64,000 bases of DNA, taken from positions 509,022-573,021 of the forward strand of contig CAWIYV010000007.1 of assembly GCA_963840455.1 (NCBI GenBank). Reading direction: 5' to 3'. The position numbers and the translations under genes are program-made. Under the pieces are notes generated by a model. It saw nothing but the letters and a program-made list of their open reading frames with translations. It searched no databases and was not told the DNA's origin. Origin of the DNA: Nitrospirota bacterium (lineage in GTDB: Bacteria; Nitrospirota; UBA9217). Numbering within the stretch: position 1 is the first letter of the stretch; each line of letters starts with the position of its first letter. Of the stretch, positions 32,277 to 42,304 are shown one piece after another.

Positions 32277-33161
32277 TCATATCAGGACCACTTCCGGCCT
32301 GAGAGACCCTTCCCGGGCCCTTGCCACGGCAAGCAGCCGGCCATCATGGCCAAGCAGCCGTACCGGTGCCCGCGGATCCTCAGGAGCGAAACCGGGCGGA
32401 GCGGAAACAGCGTTCCCGTGAGCAATGCGCCGGACGTCAGCATCATCGACGGTCAAGGCGGGAAAACCGCCGACCGCTTCCCTGAGCGGGATCAGCGTCT
32501 GTTCCGCCTGGCCGGCAGCAGCCCGCTCCGCGACCTGTTCGAGGGTCAGCGCCTGTTCCAGCCGGAAACGGCCCGCCCGCGTCCGTATGAGGGAAATAAG
32601 ATGTGCGCCCATGCCCAGCCGTTCCCCGACATCAGCGCACAGGGTCCTGACGTAGGTTCCCTTGGAGCAGTGCACGGTGAAGCGTGCGATAGGGTCGGCA
32701 TACTCGACGAGCCTGACCGCGTGGACCGTAACCGGTCTTTTTTCGTGTTCCGAGAGGGTCCCTTTTCTTGCCAAGCGGTAGGACGGGACCCCGTTCACCT
32801 TCAGGGCTGAGAACGCCGGCGGCCGCTGTTGTATGCTCCCCTGGAAGGCGTTCAGCGCTTCCTGTAACTGCCCGATCGAAGGCGAAGAGTATGCCCTGGT
32901 CTCAAGGACCTTCCCGTCCGCGTCCTGGGTATCGGTCGTGCTGCCCAACTGCATTTCGGCGGTGTATTCCTTGTCGTCGGCCTCGAGGTAGCGTACGATC
33001 TTCGTTGCCTTGCCGACGCACAGGACGAGGACGCCGGTCGCCAGCGGGTCCAGAGTCCCGGTATGGCCGATCTGCTTCTCCTGCAGGATCCTGCGGGCCT
33101 TGTTCACGACATCGTGAGAGGTCCATCCCTGCGGCTTATTGATGATGAGAACGCCGTTCAT
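32277..33161 (-). CDS. truB: tRNA pseudouridine(55) synthase
   Basis: GHTGTLDPLATGVL, CSKGTYVRTL. Confidence 0.97.
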   Translation of the reverse strand: MNGVLIINKPQGWTSHDVVNKARRILQEKQIGHTGTLDPLATGVLVLCVGKATKIVRYLEADDKEYTAEMQLGSTTDTQDADGKVLETRAYSSPSIGQLQEALNAFQGSIQQRPPAFSALKVNGVPSYRLARKGTLSEHEKRPVTVHAVRLVEYADPIARFTVHCSKGTYVRTLCADVGERLGMGAHLISLIRTRAGRFRLEQALTLEQVAERAAAGQAEQTLIPLREAVGGFPALTVDDADVRRIAHGNAVSAPPGFAPEDPRAPVRLLGHDGRLLAVARAREGSLRPEVVLI

Positions 33162-34147
33162 GGGGCGGGAACGGTATTCTTGCCGAGCTGTGCGTCAAGC
33201 TCCTGTCCCACCGCGGCAATGACTTTGTCCCGGACCGCCGGAAAGGTACCGTCGAGTACGCCGCCCGCCGCGTTCTTGTGGCCTCCGCCGCCGAGGGTTA
33301 CGGCCAGTCCCGAGAGATCGACACGGCCCTTGGCACGCAGACTGATCTTGTACTGTTCTGTCCCGATCTGACGGAACAGGACCGCCACCTCCACACCCTT
33401 GATGGAACGCACGAAATTCACGAAATTATCGGTATCTTCCGCGGTGGTGCCGGTCAGGCGGTACAGCTCGTCCGTGACGAGCACCCACGCGATCCGTCCG
33501 TCCGGGCTCCGCTCGATCCCCGAGAGGACCTTGCCGAGCAGGTCGATCCTCTTATAGGAAAAGGACTCGTACACATTCTCGGTCACGAGCCAGGGGTCCG
33601 CGCCTGCCTCGATGAGCGTCGCGGCGATCCGCATGCTCTCCGGCGTGGTGTTGGAATAGCGGAAGGAGCCGGTGTCGGTGAAGATGGCCGTGTAGAGGCA
33701 CAGGGCCATGTCCTTGTCCATCGGGATCCCGAGATGGCTGACGAGACGGTAGACCATCTCGCCCGTTGCCGTGGCATCGGGATCGAGCCAGGTGATCGGC
33801 CACTCCGTGCGATTGGTCACATGATGGTCGATGTTGATCAGCGTCCGCGCCGGCCACGAGCCGTTAAAGAGACCGGTTCGAGGCGGGTCCGCGTCGAGGA
33901 CCAGGAAGGCGTCATAGGTGCCGTTCACCCGGGGACCCGAGGTGATGCGGCCGGACCCGGGCAGAAAGCGGTAGATCTCGGGTACCGGGTCGAGGTTGTG
34001 GGCGGAGACCTTCTTTCCGGCCTTTTCGAGCGCCAGCATCAGCCCCAGCTGGGATCCCAGCGCATCGCCGTCGGGATTCTTGTGGACCGAGATGAGGACG
34101 GTATGACAATCCTGCAAGGCCGAGATAATATCGGCCAGTTCATTCAT
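33158..34147 (-). CDS. nrnA: DHH family bifunctional oligoribonuclease/PAP phosphatase
   Basis: H..PDGDALGS, IDHH, DTGSF, GGGGH; likely start 34147. Confidence 0.92.
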   Translation of the reverse strand: MNELADIISALQDCHTVLISVHKNPDGDALGSQLGLMLALEKAGKKVSAHNLDPVPEIYRFLPGSGRITSGPRVNGTYDAFLVLDADPPRTGLFNGSWPARTLINIDHHVTNRTEWPITWLDPDATATGEMVYRLVSHLGIPMDKDMALCLYTAIFTDTGSFRYSNTTPESMRIAATLIEAGADPWLVTENVYESFSYKRIDLLGKVLSGIERSPDGRIAWVLVTDELYRLTGTTAEDTDNFVNFVRSIKGVEVAVLFRQIGTEQYKISLRAKGRVDLSGLAVTLGGGGHKNAAGGVLDGTFPAVRDKVIAAVGQELDAQLGKNTVPAP

Positions 34148-34514
34148 CGCCGGTCCCCTTCCCCCCATCCTTATCCTCGATGTCATGCAGAAGCTCCATG
34201 ATATGGGCCCCACGCTCCACGGAATCGTCGTAGCGGAACAGGAGTTCGGGGACGAACTTCATGCGCATGCGCTTGCCGAGCTCGGACCGGATGAAGGGCG
34301 ATGCGCTTTCAAGACCCTTGAGGGTCGACGCCTTATCGGCGCCGTACACGCTTACGAAGACCTTTGCGTTGCGCAGGTCATCAGCGACCTCGACGTCCGT
34401 CACGGTCACGAACCCGATCCGGGGGTCCTTGATCTTTCGCATCAGGATATCGGCGATCTCCTGCTTCATCTGATCGCTGACCCGCTCTGCTCTTTTATAG
34501 GTCGGTTTTGACAT
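34140..34514 (-). CDS. rbfA: ribosome-binding factor A
   Basis: KDPRIGFVTVT, PEL.F.YD; infB operon position. Confidence 0.96.
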   Translation of the reverse strand: MSKPTYKRAERVSDQMKQEIADILMRKIKDPRIGFVTVTDVEVADDLRNAKVFVSVYGADKASTLKGLESASPFIRSELGKRMRMKFVPELLFRYDDSVERGAHIMELLHDIEDKDGGKGTGDE

Positions 34515-34521
34515 GGATCGT

Positions 34522-34803
34522 TCAGAATATCTCGATGTGGTAGTCCAGCAGGCTCACGTCCGGCACGGAACGCACCAGGTTCAACACATGGTCCAGCGTC
34601 TGGTTGAGGTGGGACTTGTCATTGCTCACGGCGGCTACTGCAAGGGAGGCCTTCTGCCAGAGGTCATTGTCGTCCACTTCAGCTACGGAAACGTTGAACT
34701 TCGCCCGGATGCGGTCCTTCAGGCTTTTGAGCGAATGCCGTTTGGTCTTTAACGAACCGCTCTCCGGGATATGCATCTCGATCGTGCAGACGCCGATGAA
34801 CAT
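34522..34803 (-). CDS. DUF503 (YlxP) family protein
   Basis: SLK.KR, FNVSVAEV...DLWQ; between infB and rbfA. Confidence 0.92.
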   Translation of the reverse strand: MFIGVCTIEMHIPESGSLKTKRHSLKSLKDRIRAKFNVSVAEVDDNDLWQKASLAVAAVSNDKSHLNQTLDHVLNLVRSVPDVSLLDYHIEIF

Positions 34804-34809
34804 AAGGTA

Positions 34810-37353
34810 TTACAGCTTGGTTGCGATCTTTTCCACGACGAACGCTTCGATGATATCGCCGACCTTGATGTCATTGAAGTTCTCGATGCCCAGACCGCAT
34901 TCGTATCCCGACTGGACCTCGCGGACGTCGTCCTTGAAGCGCTTAAGCGAATGGAGCTTTCCCGTATAGATGACCACGTTGTCGCGAAGCACCCTGACCC
35001 CGTCGTTCTGGCGCGTCATCACGCCATCCAGAACGGAGCAGCCGGCAATGGTTCCGACCTTGGAAACATGGAACGTCTGGCGGACCTCGGCGTGGCCCAG
35101 GACCTTCTCCTTGAGCGTGGGCTCGAGGAGGCCTTCCATGGCAGCCTTGATATCGTCGATGATATTATAGATGATGTTGTACATCCTGATGTCGACGCCT
35201 TCGCGCTGGGCGATATCGGCGGCCTTGGCCTCAGGCCGGATATTAAAGCCAATGATGATCGCGTTGGATGCGGCAGCGAGCATCACGTCGGTCTCGTTGA
35301 CGGCTCCGACGGAACTATGGATGACCTTGAGCTTGACGGCAGGCGTGGACAGCTTTTCGAGGGCGTCAACGATGGCTCCCGCGGAGCCCTGCACGTCGGC
35401 CTTGAGCACGATATTGAGCTCCTTGACGGTCCCTTCCTGGATCTGGCTGTGCAGGTCTTCGAGGGTCACCTTCTTCATCGCCGCCATCTCGACGGTACGC
35501 TGCTTGGCTGTGCGGAATTCGGCCAAGGCACGGGCCTTTCGCTCCTCGTCAAGCACGATGAAGCGCTCGCCGGCGCTGGGGACACCCGAGAATCCGATCA
35601 CTTCGACCGGCACGGCGGGACCGGCGGATTCGACGCGTACAGCCTTATCATTGTTCAGCGCACGAACGCGTCCGAACATGGTGCCGGATACGAAGACATC
35701 GCCCGGATGGAGGGTGCCGGACTGCACCAGGACCGTTGCTACCGGGCCCCGGCCCTTGTCCAGCTTTGCCTCGATGATCGTGCCGCGGGCCATCTTGTCG
35801 GGATTCGCCTTCAGTTCGAGAACGTCCGCCTGAATGAGGATCATCTCGAGCAGGTGTTCGAGTCCTATGTGTTTCTTGGCAGACACCTCGCAGAAAATGG
35901 TCTGGCCGCCCCAGTCCTCGGGGACCAGTTCCAGGTCGGAGAGCTCCTGCTTGACGCGGTCCGGTTTGGAATCCGGCTTGTCGATCTTGTTGATGGCAAC
36001 AATGATGGGTACGCCGGCGGCCTTTGCGTGGTTCACGGCCTCGCGGGTCTGCGGCATGACGCCGTCGTCAGCGGCGACCACCAGAATCACGATGTCCGTG
36101 ACCTTGGCGCCGCGCGCGCGCATGGCGGTGAACGCCTCATGGCCCGGCGTGTCGAGGAACGTGATCTCCCGACCCTTCAGGCTCACCTGGTAGGCGCCGA
36201 TATGCTGGGTGATGCCGCCGGCCTCTTTGGCGACCACGTTGGCCTCGCGGAGCGCGTCCAAGAGCGAGGTCTTGCCGTGGTCTACGTGGCCCATGATGGT
36301 GACCACCGGCGGTCTCGGTATCTGCGATTCGGCGGTGTCCACCGCCTCCTCCAGCACGTCCTCGGCCGTTTCGATCGATGCCACTTCGGCCTTGACGCCG
36401 TATTCCTCGGCGATCAGGAGCGCTGCATCCATGTCCATGGTTTGGTTCTGCGTTGCCATGGTGCCCATCGTCATAAGCTTCTTGATGATGTCGCCGACCT
36501 TCTGCCCGAGGACCTCGGCAAACTCCTTGATCGTGCATCCTTCCTGGATCTTGACGACCTTTTTTCGCGGCTTCGTGATGTCGGTAATATCCGTATGGGG
36601 AACGAAACGCTCGTCCTTGCGGTGAATGCGCTTGCCGGAGGGAAGCGTCTTGAGGTCGGGCAACTTCTTGAACGAAGGCTTTTCGCGGAAATCCCGGTCA
36701 CCCTTTTCGTCGGTCTTCTTCTGCCATTTTTTCTTTGATGGTTTTCCGCCGGGAGCAGGAGCGGGCACCGGCACGGCCGGCGGAAACAGAGACGGTTCAA
36801 GGACCGGCGCGAACGGCTCTGCTCCCCTGCGGCCGGAGAAACCCGGACGCTGTGGGGTGAAGCGGCCCGCAGGAGCGGGACCGGCAGGACGTGCGACCGT
36901 CCTCGGTGCTGCTCCCGGTGACGGGGCGGCCCCCGCCATCTGAGCAGGCTGTGCAGCGCCGGCGGATAGCTCGACCGGCTTCTCCACGCCTACCGGTGCG
37001 ATGACCGGAGGCGCGGGCATGGACGGCTTGGGCGGAATGGGGGCCGGCTTGGGACGGGTTCCCGGTTTTTCCAGCGTCGAGGAGAACTTGCCGATAAGCG
37101 CGGCTGCTTTTTTCCGGCGTTCTTCAAGGGAAACGGCTACCTCGGCCTCGGTGGCGGCAGGCTTTTCCTTCTTGGTCTTTTCCTTTTCCTTCCGGACGGC
37201 CTTCAGCTTATCGATCAGGGACTTGGTCTCTTTGTCGTCCAGACCGCTCGTGGGGGTCTTCTCCTTGATCCCCATCTTGTCGAGGACGGCGATAAGGTCC
37301 TTGCTTTCGACCCCCATTTTTTTTGCCAGTTCATGAACCCTGATCACGGTCAT
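34810..37353 (-). CDS. infB: translation initiation factor IF-2
   Basis: [34 protein letters not shown]; likely start 37353. Confidence 0.98.
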   Translation of the reverse strand: MTVIRVHELAKKMGVESKDLIAVLDKMGIKEKTPTSGLDDKETKSLIDKLKAVRKEKEKTKKEKPAATEAEVAVSLEERRKKAAALIGKFSSTLEKPGTRPKPAPIPPKPSMPAPPVIAPVGVEKPVELSAGAAQPAQMAGAAPSPGAAPRTVARPAGPAPAGRFTPQRPGFSGRRGAEPFAPVLEPSLFPPAVPVPAPAPGGKPSKKKWQKKTDEKGDRDFREKPSFKKLPDLKTLPSGKRIHRKDERFVPHTDITDITKPRKKVVKIQEGCTIKEFAEVLGQKVGDIIKKLMTMGTMATQNQTMDMDAALLIAEEYGVKAEVASIETAEDVLEEAVDTAESQIPRPPVVTIMGHVDHGKTSLLDALREANVVAKEAGGITQHIGAYQVSLKGREITFLDTPGHEAFTAMRARGAKVTDIVILVVAADDGVMPQTREAVNHAKAAGVPIIVAINKIDKPDSKPDRVKQELSDLELVPEDWGGQTIFCEVSAKKHIGLEHLLEMILIQADVLELKANPDKMARGTIIEAKLDKGRGPVATVLVQSGTLHPGDVFVSGTMFGRVRALNNDKAVRVESAGPAVPVEVIGFSGVPSAGERFIVLDEERKARALAEFRTAKQRTVEMAAMKKVTLEDLHSQIQEGTVKELNIVLKADVQGSAGAIVDALEKLSTPAVKLKVIHSSVGAVNETDVMLAAASNAIIIGFNIRPEAKAADIAQREGVDIRMYNIIYNIIDDIKAAMEGLLEPTLKEKVLGHAEVRQTFHVSKVGTIAGCSVLDGVMTRQNDGVRVLRDNVVIYTGKLHSLKRFKDDVREVQSGYECGLGIENFNDIKVGDIIEAFVVEKIATKL

Positions 37354-37403
37354 AAAATCCAATACCCCCAACAATTTTGATGCATCGGTAGCGACATTTT
37401 ACT

Positions 37404-37991
37404 CTACAGATGCTTATTAAGCAAGCCTTTTAATCTTTCGACCTCGTTCCCGACCGCATCAGCAAAGCCTTTTTCGAGGATGCCGACAACGCCGACGAGC
37501 TCGCGTCCCACCATCTGCCCCATCTCGTCCCGCGTGAAGAGCGTTGCCTGCCGCGAAGGAAGCGAGCTGCCGGAACATAACTTTCCCCGCGTCCCTTCCG
37601 AGACATCGCTGGCAAAGATGAGCATCTCTACCCGTCCTTTTTGCAGGGCATCATCGACAGCGGACGCCCCGGCGGCGAGACTTCCCGCCTTGACCGCCAT
37701 GGTGAGCAAGGAGCGGATCTTTTCGGTGATGGACGCAGCGAGCTGCCCGACAAACGCTTCTGCATCAGGAGCAGCGGTCCTTTTCTGCAGTGCGCGGGAC
37801 AGATTCTCGCGGCTCAATGCCTTCTGGATGCAGTCGAACCGCGGGCAGACATAGGCGGCGCGGCCCGGAAGCTTTTCCCGGTAGTCGATGACAGCTCCGG
37901 TCGGCCCTGCCACGATCCGAACGACTTCGTCCTTGCCGAACACCTGACGGCATCCGATGCAGGTCCTCTGCGGCTGATGATGCCTGGGCAT
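37404..37991 (-). CDS. YlxR (DUF448) - L7Ae/YlxQ fusion protein
   Basis: N-terminal PQRTCIGCR...GRAAYVC; C-terminal L7Ae-like A.D.S and G..VG motifs. Confidence 0.82.
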   Translation of the reverse strand: MPRHHQPQRTCIGCRQVFGKDEVVRIVAGPTGAVIDYREKLPGRAAYVCPRFDCIQKALSRENLSRALQKRTAAPDAEAFVGQLAASITEKIRSLLTMAVKAGSLAAGASAVDDALQKGRVEMLIFASDVSEGTRGKLCSGSSLPSRQATLFTRDEMGQMVGRELVGVVGILEKGFADAVGNEVERLKGLLNKHL

Positions 37992-37994
37992 GGT

Positions 37995-39347
37995 TTACGA
38001 CTTGTTCAGCAGGGCCCGCGCCGAGAGGAGGATCTTTTGGGCGGTCTTCTCACCGATACCGGGCACCGCGAGGATATCCTCGTCGGACATGGAGGCGATC
38101 TTTTCGATGGTATCGTAGCCCGCCTGGCTGAGCTGTTCCGCGGTCTTCTGCCCCACCCCTTCGATGTTCGTGATGTCCGACGCGGCCTTGACCTCCGCCT
38201 CAGCTTCGGCGTGTTCCGCCTCCAGGGTCTCGGCCGCCTCGGTCTCCTCGGCCATCTTGCGGGTCTCTTCGGCGATGGCCGCTTCGATCTCCTGATCGCG
38301 CTCCTTCTGGCGCTCCTGCTCATACTCCGACTCGCTCAGGATATCGATCTTCCAGCCCGTCAGCTTTGCGGCAAGCCTGACGTTCTGGCCTTTTTTGCCG
38401 ATTGCCAGGGACAGCTGCGCGTCGGCGACCACCGCCAGGGCGGCACGGTCCTCTTCGGTCACGCCGACCTTTTCCACCACTGCCGGGCTGAGCGCCTTGG
38501 CGATGAAGATGCGCGGGTCCTCGGACCACGGGATGATGTCGATCTTTTCGCCGCGAAGTTCGCGCACCACGGCCTGGACCCGGGCGCCCTTCATCCCGAC
38601 GCAGGCCCCCACCGGGTCGACCTGGCTCTCCTTGGAAGCGACAGCGATCTTGGTGCGGTCCCCGGCCTCCCGGACGACGCCCTTGACCTCAACGATGTTC
38701 TCGTAGATCTCCGGGACCTCCATCTCGAAGAGCTTGGCCACGAAATCAGGATGGCTCCGCGACAGCACCACCTGGGGCCCCTTGGATGTGTCCTTCACTT
38801 CGAGCACGAAGGCCCTGAGGCGGTCGCCGCGCCGGTAGTTCTCCCGGGGCACCTGCTCCCGTGCCGGGAGGACCGCCTCGGTCTTGCCGAGGTCGATGAA
38901 ATAGGCGCCTTTTTCATGGCGAAGGACGATGCCGTTCACCAGCTGGCCGATCTTGTCGTTGAACTCCTTGAACACGACGTCCCGTTCCGCCTCACGGACC
39001 TTCTGCACGATGACCTGCCGCGCGGTCTGGGCGGCGATCCGCCCGAACCCTTCGAACTCGACCTGAAGGGGGACCTCGCCGTCCAGCTGCGCTTCCGGGA
39101 AAAGCGTCACCGCATCGTCCAACGTGATCTCCTCATCGGGATTGGTCACTTCGGGAACGACCTTCTTGTATGCGTACATGACGATGTCGCCCCGCTTCGG
39201 ATCGATCTGCACGGCGATCCGCTGCGCGCCATACTTCTTCTTGGCGGCGCTTACCAGCGCTGCCTCAACAGCTTCGATCACCATTTCCCGGGATATGCCT
39301 TTTTCCTTGCTGATCTGATCGATCACCTGTACCAGCTCTTGTCCCAT
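37995..39347 (-). CDS. nusA: transcription termination factor NusA
   Basis: FGRIAAQTA, EVPEI, DPVGACVG, SLAIGKKGQNVRLA; C-terminal HhH. Confidence 0.98.
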   Translation of the reverse strand: MGQELVQVIDQISKEKGISREMVIEAVEAALVSAAKKKYGAQRIAVQIDPKRGDIVMYAYKKVVPEVTNPDEEITLDDAVTLFPEAQLDGEVPLQVEFEGFGRIAAQTARQVIVQKVREAERDVVFKEFNDKIGQLVNGIVLRHEKGAYFIDLGKTEAVLPAREQVPRENYRRGDRLRAFVLEVKDTSKGPQVVLSRSHPDFVAKLFEMEVPEIYENIVEVKGVVREAGDRTKIAVASKESQVDPVGACVGMKGARVQAVVRELRGEKIDIIPWSEDPRIFIAKALSPAVVEKVGVTEEDRAALAVVADAQLSLAIGKKGQNVRLAAKLTGWKIDILSESEYEQERQKERDQEIEAAIAEETRKMAEETEAAETLEAEHAEAEAEVKAASDITNIEGVGQKTAEQLSQAGYDTIEKIASMSDEDILAVPGIGEKTAQKILLSARALLNKS

Positions 39348-39414
39348 GCTCTTCTGCCTCCTGAAGGTATATAAAGACTATGATAAGAGGAATTTAAATA
39401 ATATTACGGGACCG

Positions 39415-39876
39415 CTATATGACCACTTCCAGCGACGCCTTGGATACATTGTCGAGCGGGATCCGAAGCGTTTCTCCGCTGTCCTGTTCAAGGACCATCA
39501 CCAGGTCCTCGAGTCCGGCCAGCTTCCCCTTGAAGACCTTCACCCCGTTGATCGGCTGAAAGGTCTTGATCTTCACCAGACTTCCCCGGCATTTCCGGTA
39601 GTGCTCCGGCCGTGTCAGGGAACGGTCAAGCCCCGGTGAGGAAACCTCCAGTGTATAGGCGTGCGGAATGATATCCTCAACGTCCAGCACGGTCCCGAGG
39701 TCCCGGCTCACCGCTTCGCAGTCGCCCAGAGTGACCCCGCCCGTTTCGCGGTCGATGTAGATCCGCAGGAGCCACTGGGGGCCTTGTTTCCTGATTTCCA
39801 GGTCCCACAGCGTCAGGCCGAGGGAGCCCAGGATCGGGTCAAGCAGCCGTTGGATCTGTTCCTGAAGGTCGGTCAT
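39415..39876 (-). CDS. rimP: ribosome maturation factor RimP
   Basis: LRIYID, DC..VS, YTLEVSSPGLDR. Confidence 0.97.
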   Translation of the reverse strand: MTDLQEQIQRLLDPILGSLGLTLWDLEIRKQGPQWLLRIYIDRETGGVTLGDCEAVSRDLGTVLDVEDIIPHAYTLEVSSPGLDRSLTRPEHYRKCRGSLVKIKTFQPINGVKVFKGKLAGLEDLVMVLEQDSGETLRIPLDNVSKASLEVVI

Positions 39877-39887
39877 CGGCGCTCCAA

Positions 39888-39918
39888 ATAAAAAGAGTGG
39901 GCAAGTTGCTGCCCACTC
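39888..39918 (-). promoter_or_regulatory. rimP leader terminator hairpin (attenuator)
   Basis: gagtgggc-agcaactt-gcccactc-ttttt just upstream of rimP; matches the known rimP-leader type. Confidence 0.8.
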
Positions 39919-39946
39919 CCAGAAAGTTTCTCCAGAGTGATGGTGC

Positions 39947-39975
39947 TTTTTAACACACTACCTGACGAATTGCAA
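39947..39975 (-). promoter_or_regulatory. sigma70 promoter of rimP-nusA-infB operon
   Basis: TTGCAA-17-TAAAAA with upstream TG. Confidence 0.55.
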
Positions 39976-40149
39976 GCGTTTTTTCGGCCTGTTACTAAGG
40001 GTTGCTATGGAATGTGTGACCCTAAGGGTTGTGTGCCGAGTGATCGAGCACGGATAGGTGACTGATTCATGGTCCAGACGAGACCCTTGAGAAACGGTTT
40101 CAACAGGAGAACTGTGTTCTCACTTGAGAGCTTTTTCATAGGTGACTCC

Positions 40150-40206
40150 TTACACGGAAGAGTCTGTCATCTTCTGCGAGGTGGCGAGATGATCGTTGTG
40201 GATCAT
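40150..40206 (-). pseudogene. truncated orphan RHS core stub (MIHNDHLATSQKMTDSSV*)
   Basis: Homologous to HNDHLGTPQKMTDASG of the main RHS gene. Confidence 0.75.
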
Positions 40207-40331
40207 CGCGTATTTCAAGTTCCGTCAGCGGAAGAATTCCCCTGCAGACAAGAGAACTTCGAGGTTTCACCTACCGGTACGACACCCCAGCGATTTGGCC
40301 TCTTTTTTCAATGAACGTACGTGTAGTTGGA
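40189..40331. repeat. RHS-junction conserved element, copy B
   Basis: Ungapped ~80% identity (112/140 by manual count) to 44041-44180; begins with palindrome atgatc-gttgtg-gatcat. Confidence 0.85.
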
Positions 40332-40454
40332 CATTGTCCTAGCACTATGAGCAGATAAATGAATGCTGCTCTTATATTCTCCCCCGGATTTCCCACTAGT
40401 TATGTTGATATATTGGATAACCAGATAGTTTTGAAGAGCTTTTACTTCTACATC

Positions 40455-40509
40455 ACCGCCCTACAACCGCCCTACTAGTGCCCTCCTAGTACCCTCCTAG
40501 TTCCAGCCG
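40455..40509. repeat. degenerate 11-bp tandem repeat (5 units)
   Basis: accgccctaca accgccctact agtgccctcct agtaccctcct agttccagccg. Confidence 0.6.
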
Positions 40510-40519
40510 AATGTAACCG

Positions 40520-40851
40520 CTACGCCGCCTTTTTAATCTTCGCAGATCTCGCAGACCTTTTGGATGGCTCGATCGTCAGTTTCAGGCCCATGGAGTCCAA
40601 TAACGTAAAGATGCTTTTGATCTCGGGCTTCCCCTTCTTTGAAAGCATCCGGTACATGCTCTTTCTGTTCAATTGCGCCTCTGGGATACCGCTGACATAC
40701 CACCATGTGCTTCCGCGACATTCCTCAGCGCAAGGAGGAACAGAGCCCAGTCGCCATTCTCCATCGCTGCATTGAGATAGGCGACCGCTTCCCGGGGATC
40801 TTTCAGGGATTCAATGAGGTCTTCCTGATAGGTTGTCGTTTTCCTAGCCAT
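40520..40851 (-). pseudogene. addiction-module antidote (HI1420-like HTH), frameshifted
   Basis: YLNAA...LLALRNVAEAHGGM, frameshift near 40680, then AQLNRKSMYRMLSKKGKPEIKS...GLKL; no cognate toxin seen. Confidence 0.8.
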
Positions 40852-40911
40852 GGGGACTTCTCTTTCTGTGATTCACAGAACAGAGGTGTAATTGAAACTC
40901 CGTCATGTATC

Positions 40912-41289
40912 TCAGGCCGCTTCCTTGACTTTGCGGTAGGGTTGAATCAAGACTTCCGCCGGTATGCCTATCCCTTTATGCAGATTGCGAATCATCTCCA
41001 TCGTGAGCGCCCGCTTTCGATTAAGCACTTCCGAAACTCGCGCACGGCTTCCAAGATATTTTTCCAGGTCCCGACGAGTCAGCCCCCTACTCTCCATGTA
41101 ATACTGAATGGCATCGATGGGATTGGGAAGAGGTACGGCATGATGTTTTTCTTCATAGGCGCTTATCAGCACCGTCAGCACCTCAAGACGATCGCCATCA
41201 GCGGTGCCAGCTTTGGCATCAAAAAGGCGCTCGATTTCCTTTAGTGCAGTTTCGTAGTCTTTTTTTGTTTTTATGGGTTTGATCTCCAT
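40912..41289 (-). CDS. higA: HigA-family antitoxin (HTH)
   Basis: IKPIKT..DY, YEEKH, SEVLNRKRALT..MIR.LH. Confidence 0.9.
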   Translation of the reverse strand: MEIKPIKTKKDYETALKEIERLFDAKAGTADGDRLEVLTVLISAYEEKHHAVPLPNPIDAIQYYMESRGLTRRDLEKYLGSRARVSEVLNRKRALTMEMIRNLHKGIGIPAEVLIQPYRKVKEAA

Positions 41290-41300
41290 AATCCCTCCGT

Positions 41301-41594
41301 TTATACGTTTCTGGCGTCAATCGCATCGTAATCCTTATGCGTACCGACAAAGCGGATAAACACTATGCCAAAAGCATATTGAACTGCAGCTACAAGCCGG
41401 TATTTATTCCCCTTGATGTTGAATACTACCCTGTTTTGTGCAAGGAAACTAGCATTCCGATAAACCGCTTTGATATCTGCCGGACTCCTCCAGTTCGCAT
41501 GTCTGACGTCATGATACCATGCCTGCAGCGGCTGCGCAGCATCAGGATGTTTCTCCCAGAATTCTCTCAGTGTTTTTCGCGATATGATACGCAC
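41301..41594 (-). CDS. higB: HigB-family mRNA interferase toxin
   Basis: MRIISRKTLREFW, VVFNIKGNKYRL, FVGTH..YD. Confidence 0.93.
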   Translation of the reverse strand: MRIISRKTLREFWEKHPDAAQPLQAWYHDVRHANWRSPADIKAVYRNASFLAQNRVVFNIKGNKYRLVAAVQYAFGIVFIRFVGTHKDYDAIDARNV

Positions 41595-41599
41595 AGCAG

Positions 41600-41628
41600 A
41601 TTATACATCGCTCCCGCATTGGGAGCAA
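41600..41628 (-). promoter_or_regulatory. higBA promoter with palindromic operator
   Basis: TTGCTC-17-TATAAT, 5 nt before the GTG start; gctccc-N5-gggagc palindrome at 41610-41626. Confidence 0.7.
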
Positions 41629-41815
41629 GTAAAAAATAGGGTGAGGTGAGGGGCCAAAGACAACCGACCCTGGCGGCGGTTCAGCCGGGTGGAGCCTTCC
41701 GCCGCCGATGCGTGAGCAGATCGAGCGGATTCTCGATGCGTTCCCGGGAAGCGAGAAGGCGAAGAAGACGGGATAATAAAGAGCCTTCCGATTGCGCTAC
41801 TCGCAACAGCAGAGT

Positions 41816-42304
41816 TTATAAATTACTCATGTTAAACTTGTAGATGGTTTTTTCCCAGGCTTCATCTGGAAATTCTCCGTGACGAACCACGCGTTCACTT
41901 AAAAGATTGTTCCTAAACTCAAGCATGGCTGAGTACGAGGTGGCCGCATCCCCACCGGCAAGAATAACGACGAAGCTTTCCTTTTCCTTACGAGATTCAA
42001 TTTTTACTGTCCTCGGATTCCCAAGATCAGCGAAAGCGGAAAGTGGCACAAAAAGTGACTTGCCGAAAGCCTTAATCGTTACTGAACCAATAATGGTGCG
42101 AGGACAAGCGTTTTCAGCGCCCCATCGCCATGAAGATGCAGCATCGCAAGGTTGTGATTTCGGCAATGATTTAACAAAAACCTTTACGCTTACCTGACCC
42201 AATTCAGTGGAAATCTCTTTATCATAAACTGCAGCAGGCGCACTAAAGCTCGAAAAACTGCCCAATAAAATAATAGCAACAGAATATAGTATCATTTTTA
42301 GCAT
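41816..42304 (-). CDS. secreted protein, putative immunity protein of the Tlde1-like toxin
   Basis: Signal peptide; overlaps toxin stop codon; low GC. Confidence 0.7.
   Translation of the reverse strand: MLKMILYSVAIILLGSFSSFSAPAAVYDKEISTELGQVSVKVFVKSLPKSQPCDAASSWRWGAENACPRTIIGSVTIKAFGKSLFVPLSAFADLGNPRTVKIESRKEKESFVVILAGGDAATSYSAMLEFRNNLLSERVVRHGEFPDEAWEKTIYKFNMSNL

Noticed and set aside
10795-39374. Long plus-strand ORFs (e.g. 10795-12435, 21234-23021, 34771-36738, 37641-39374)
   Set aside because: Antisense shadows of well-conserved minus-strand genes in GC-rich DNA; no recognisable motifs.
40207-40240. Hammerhead-like CTGA...GAAA in the junction arm
   Set aside because: CUGANGA core is not satisfied in either copy and stem II is absent.
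40455-40509. Possible CRISPR array
   Set aside because: 11-bp units without spacers; no cas genes.
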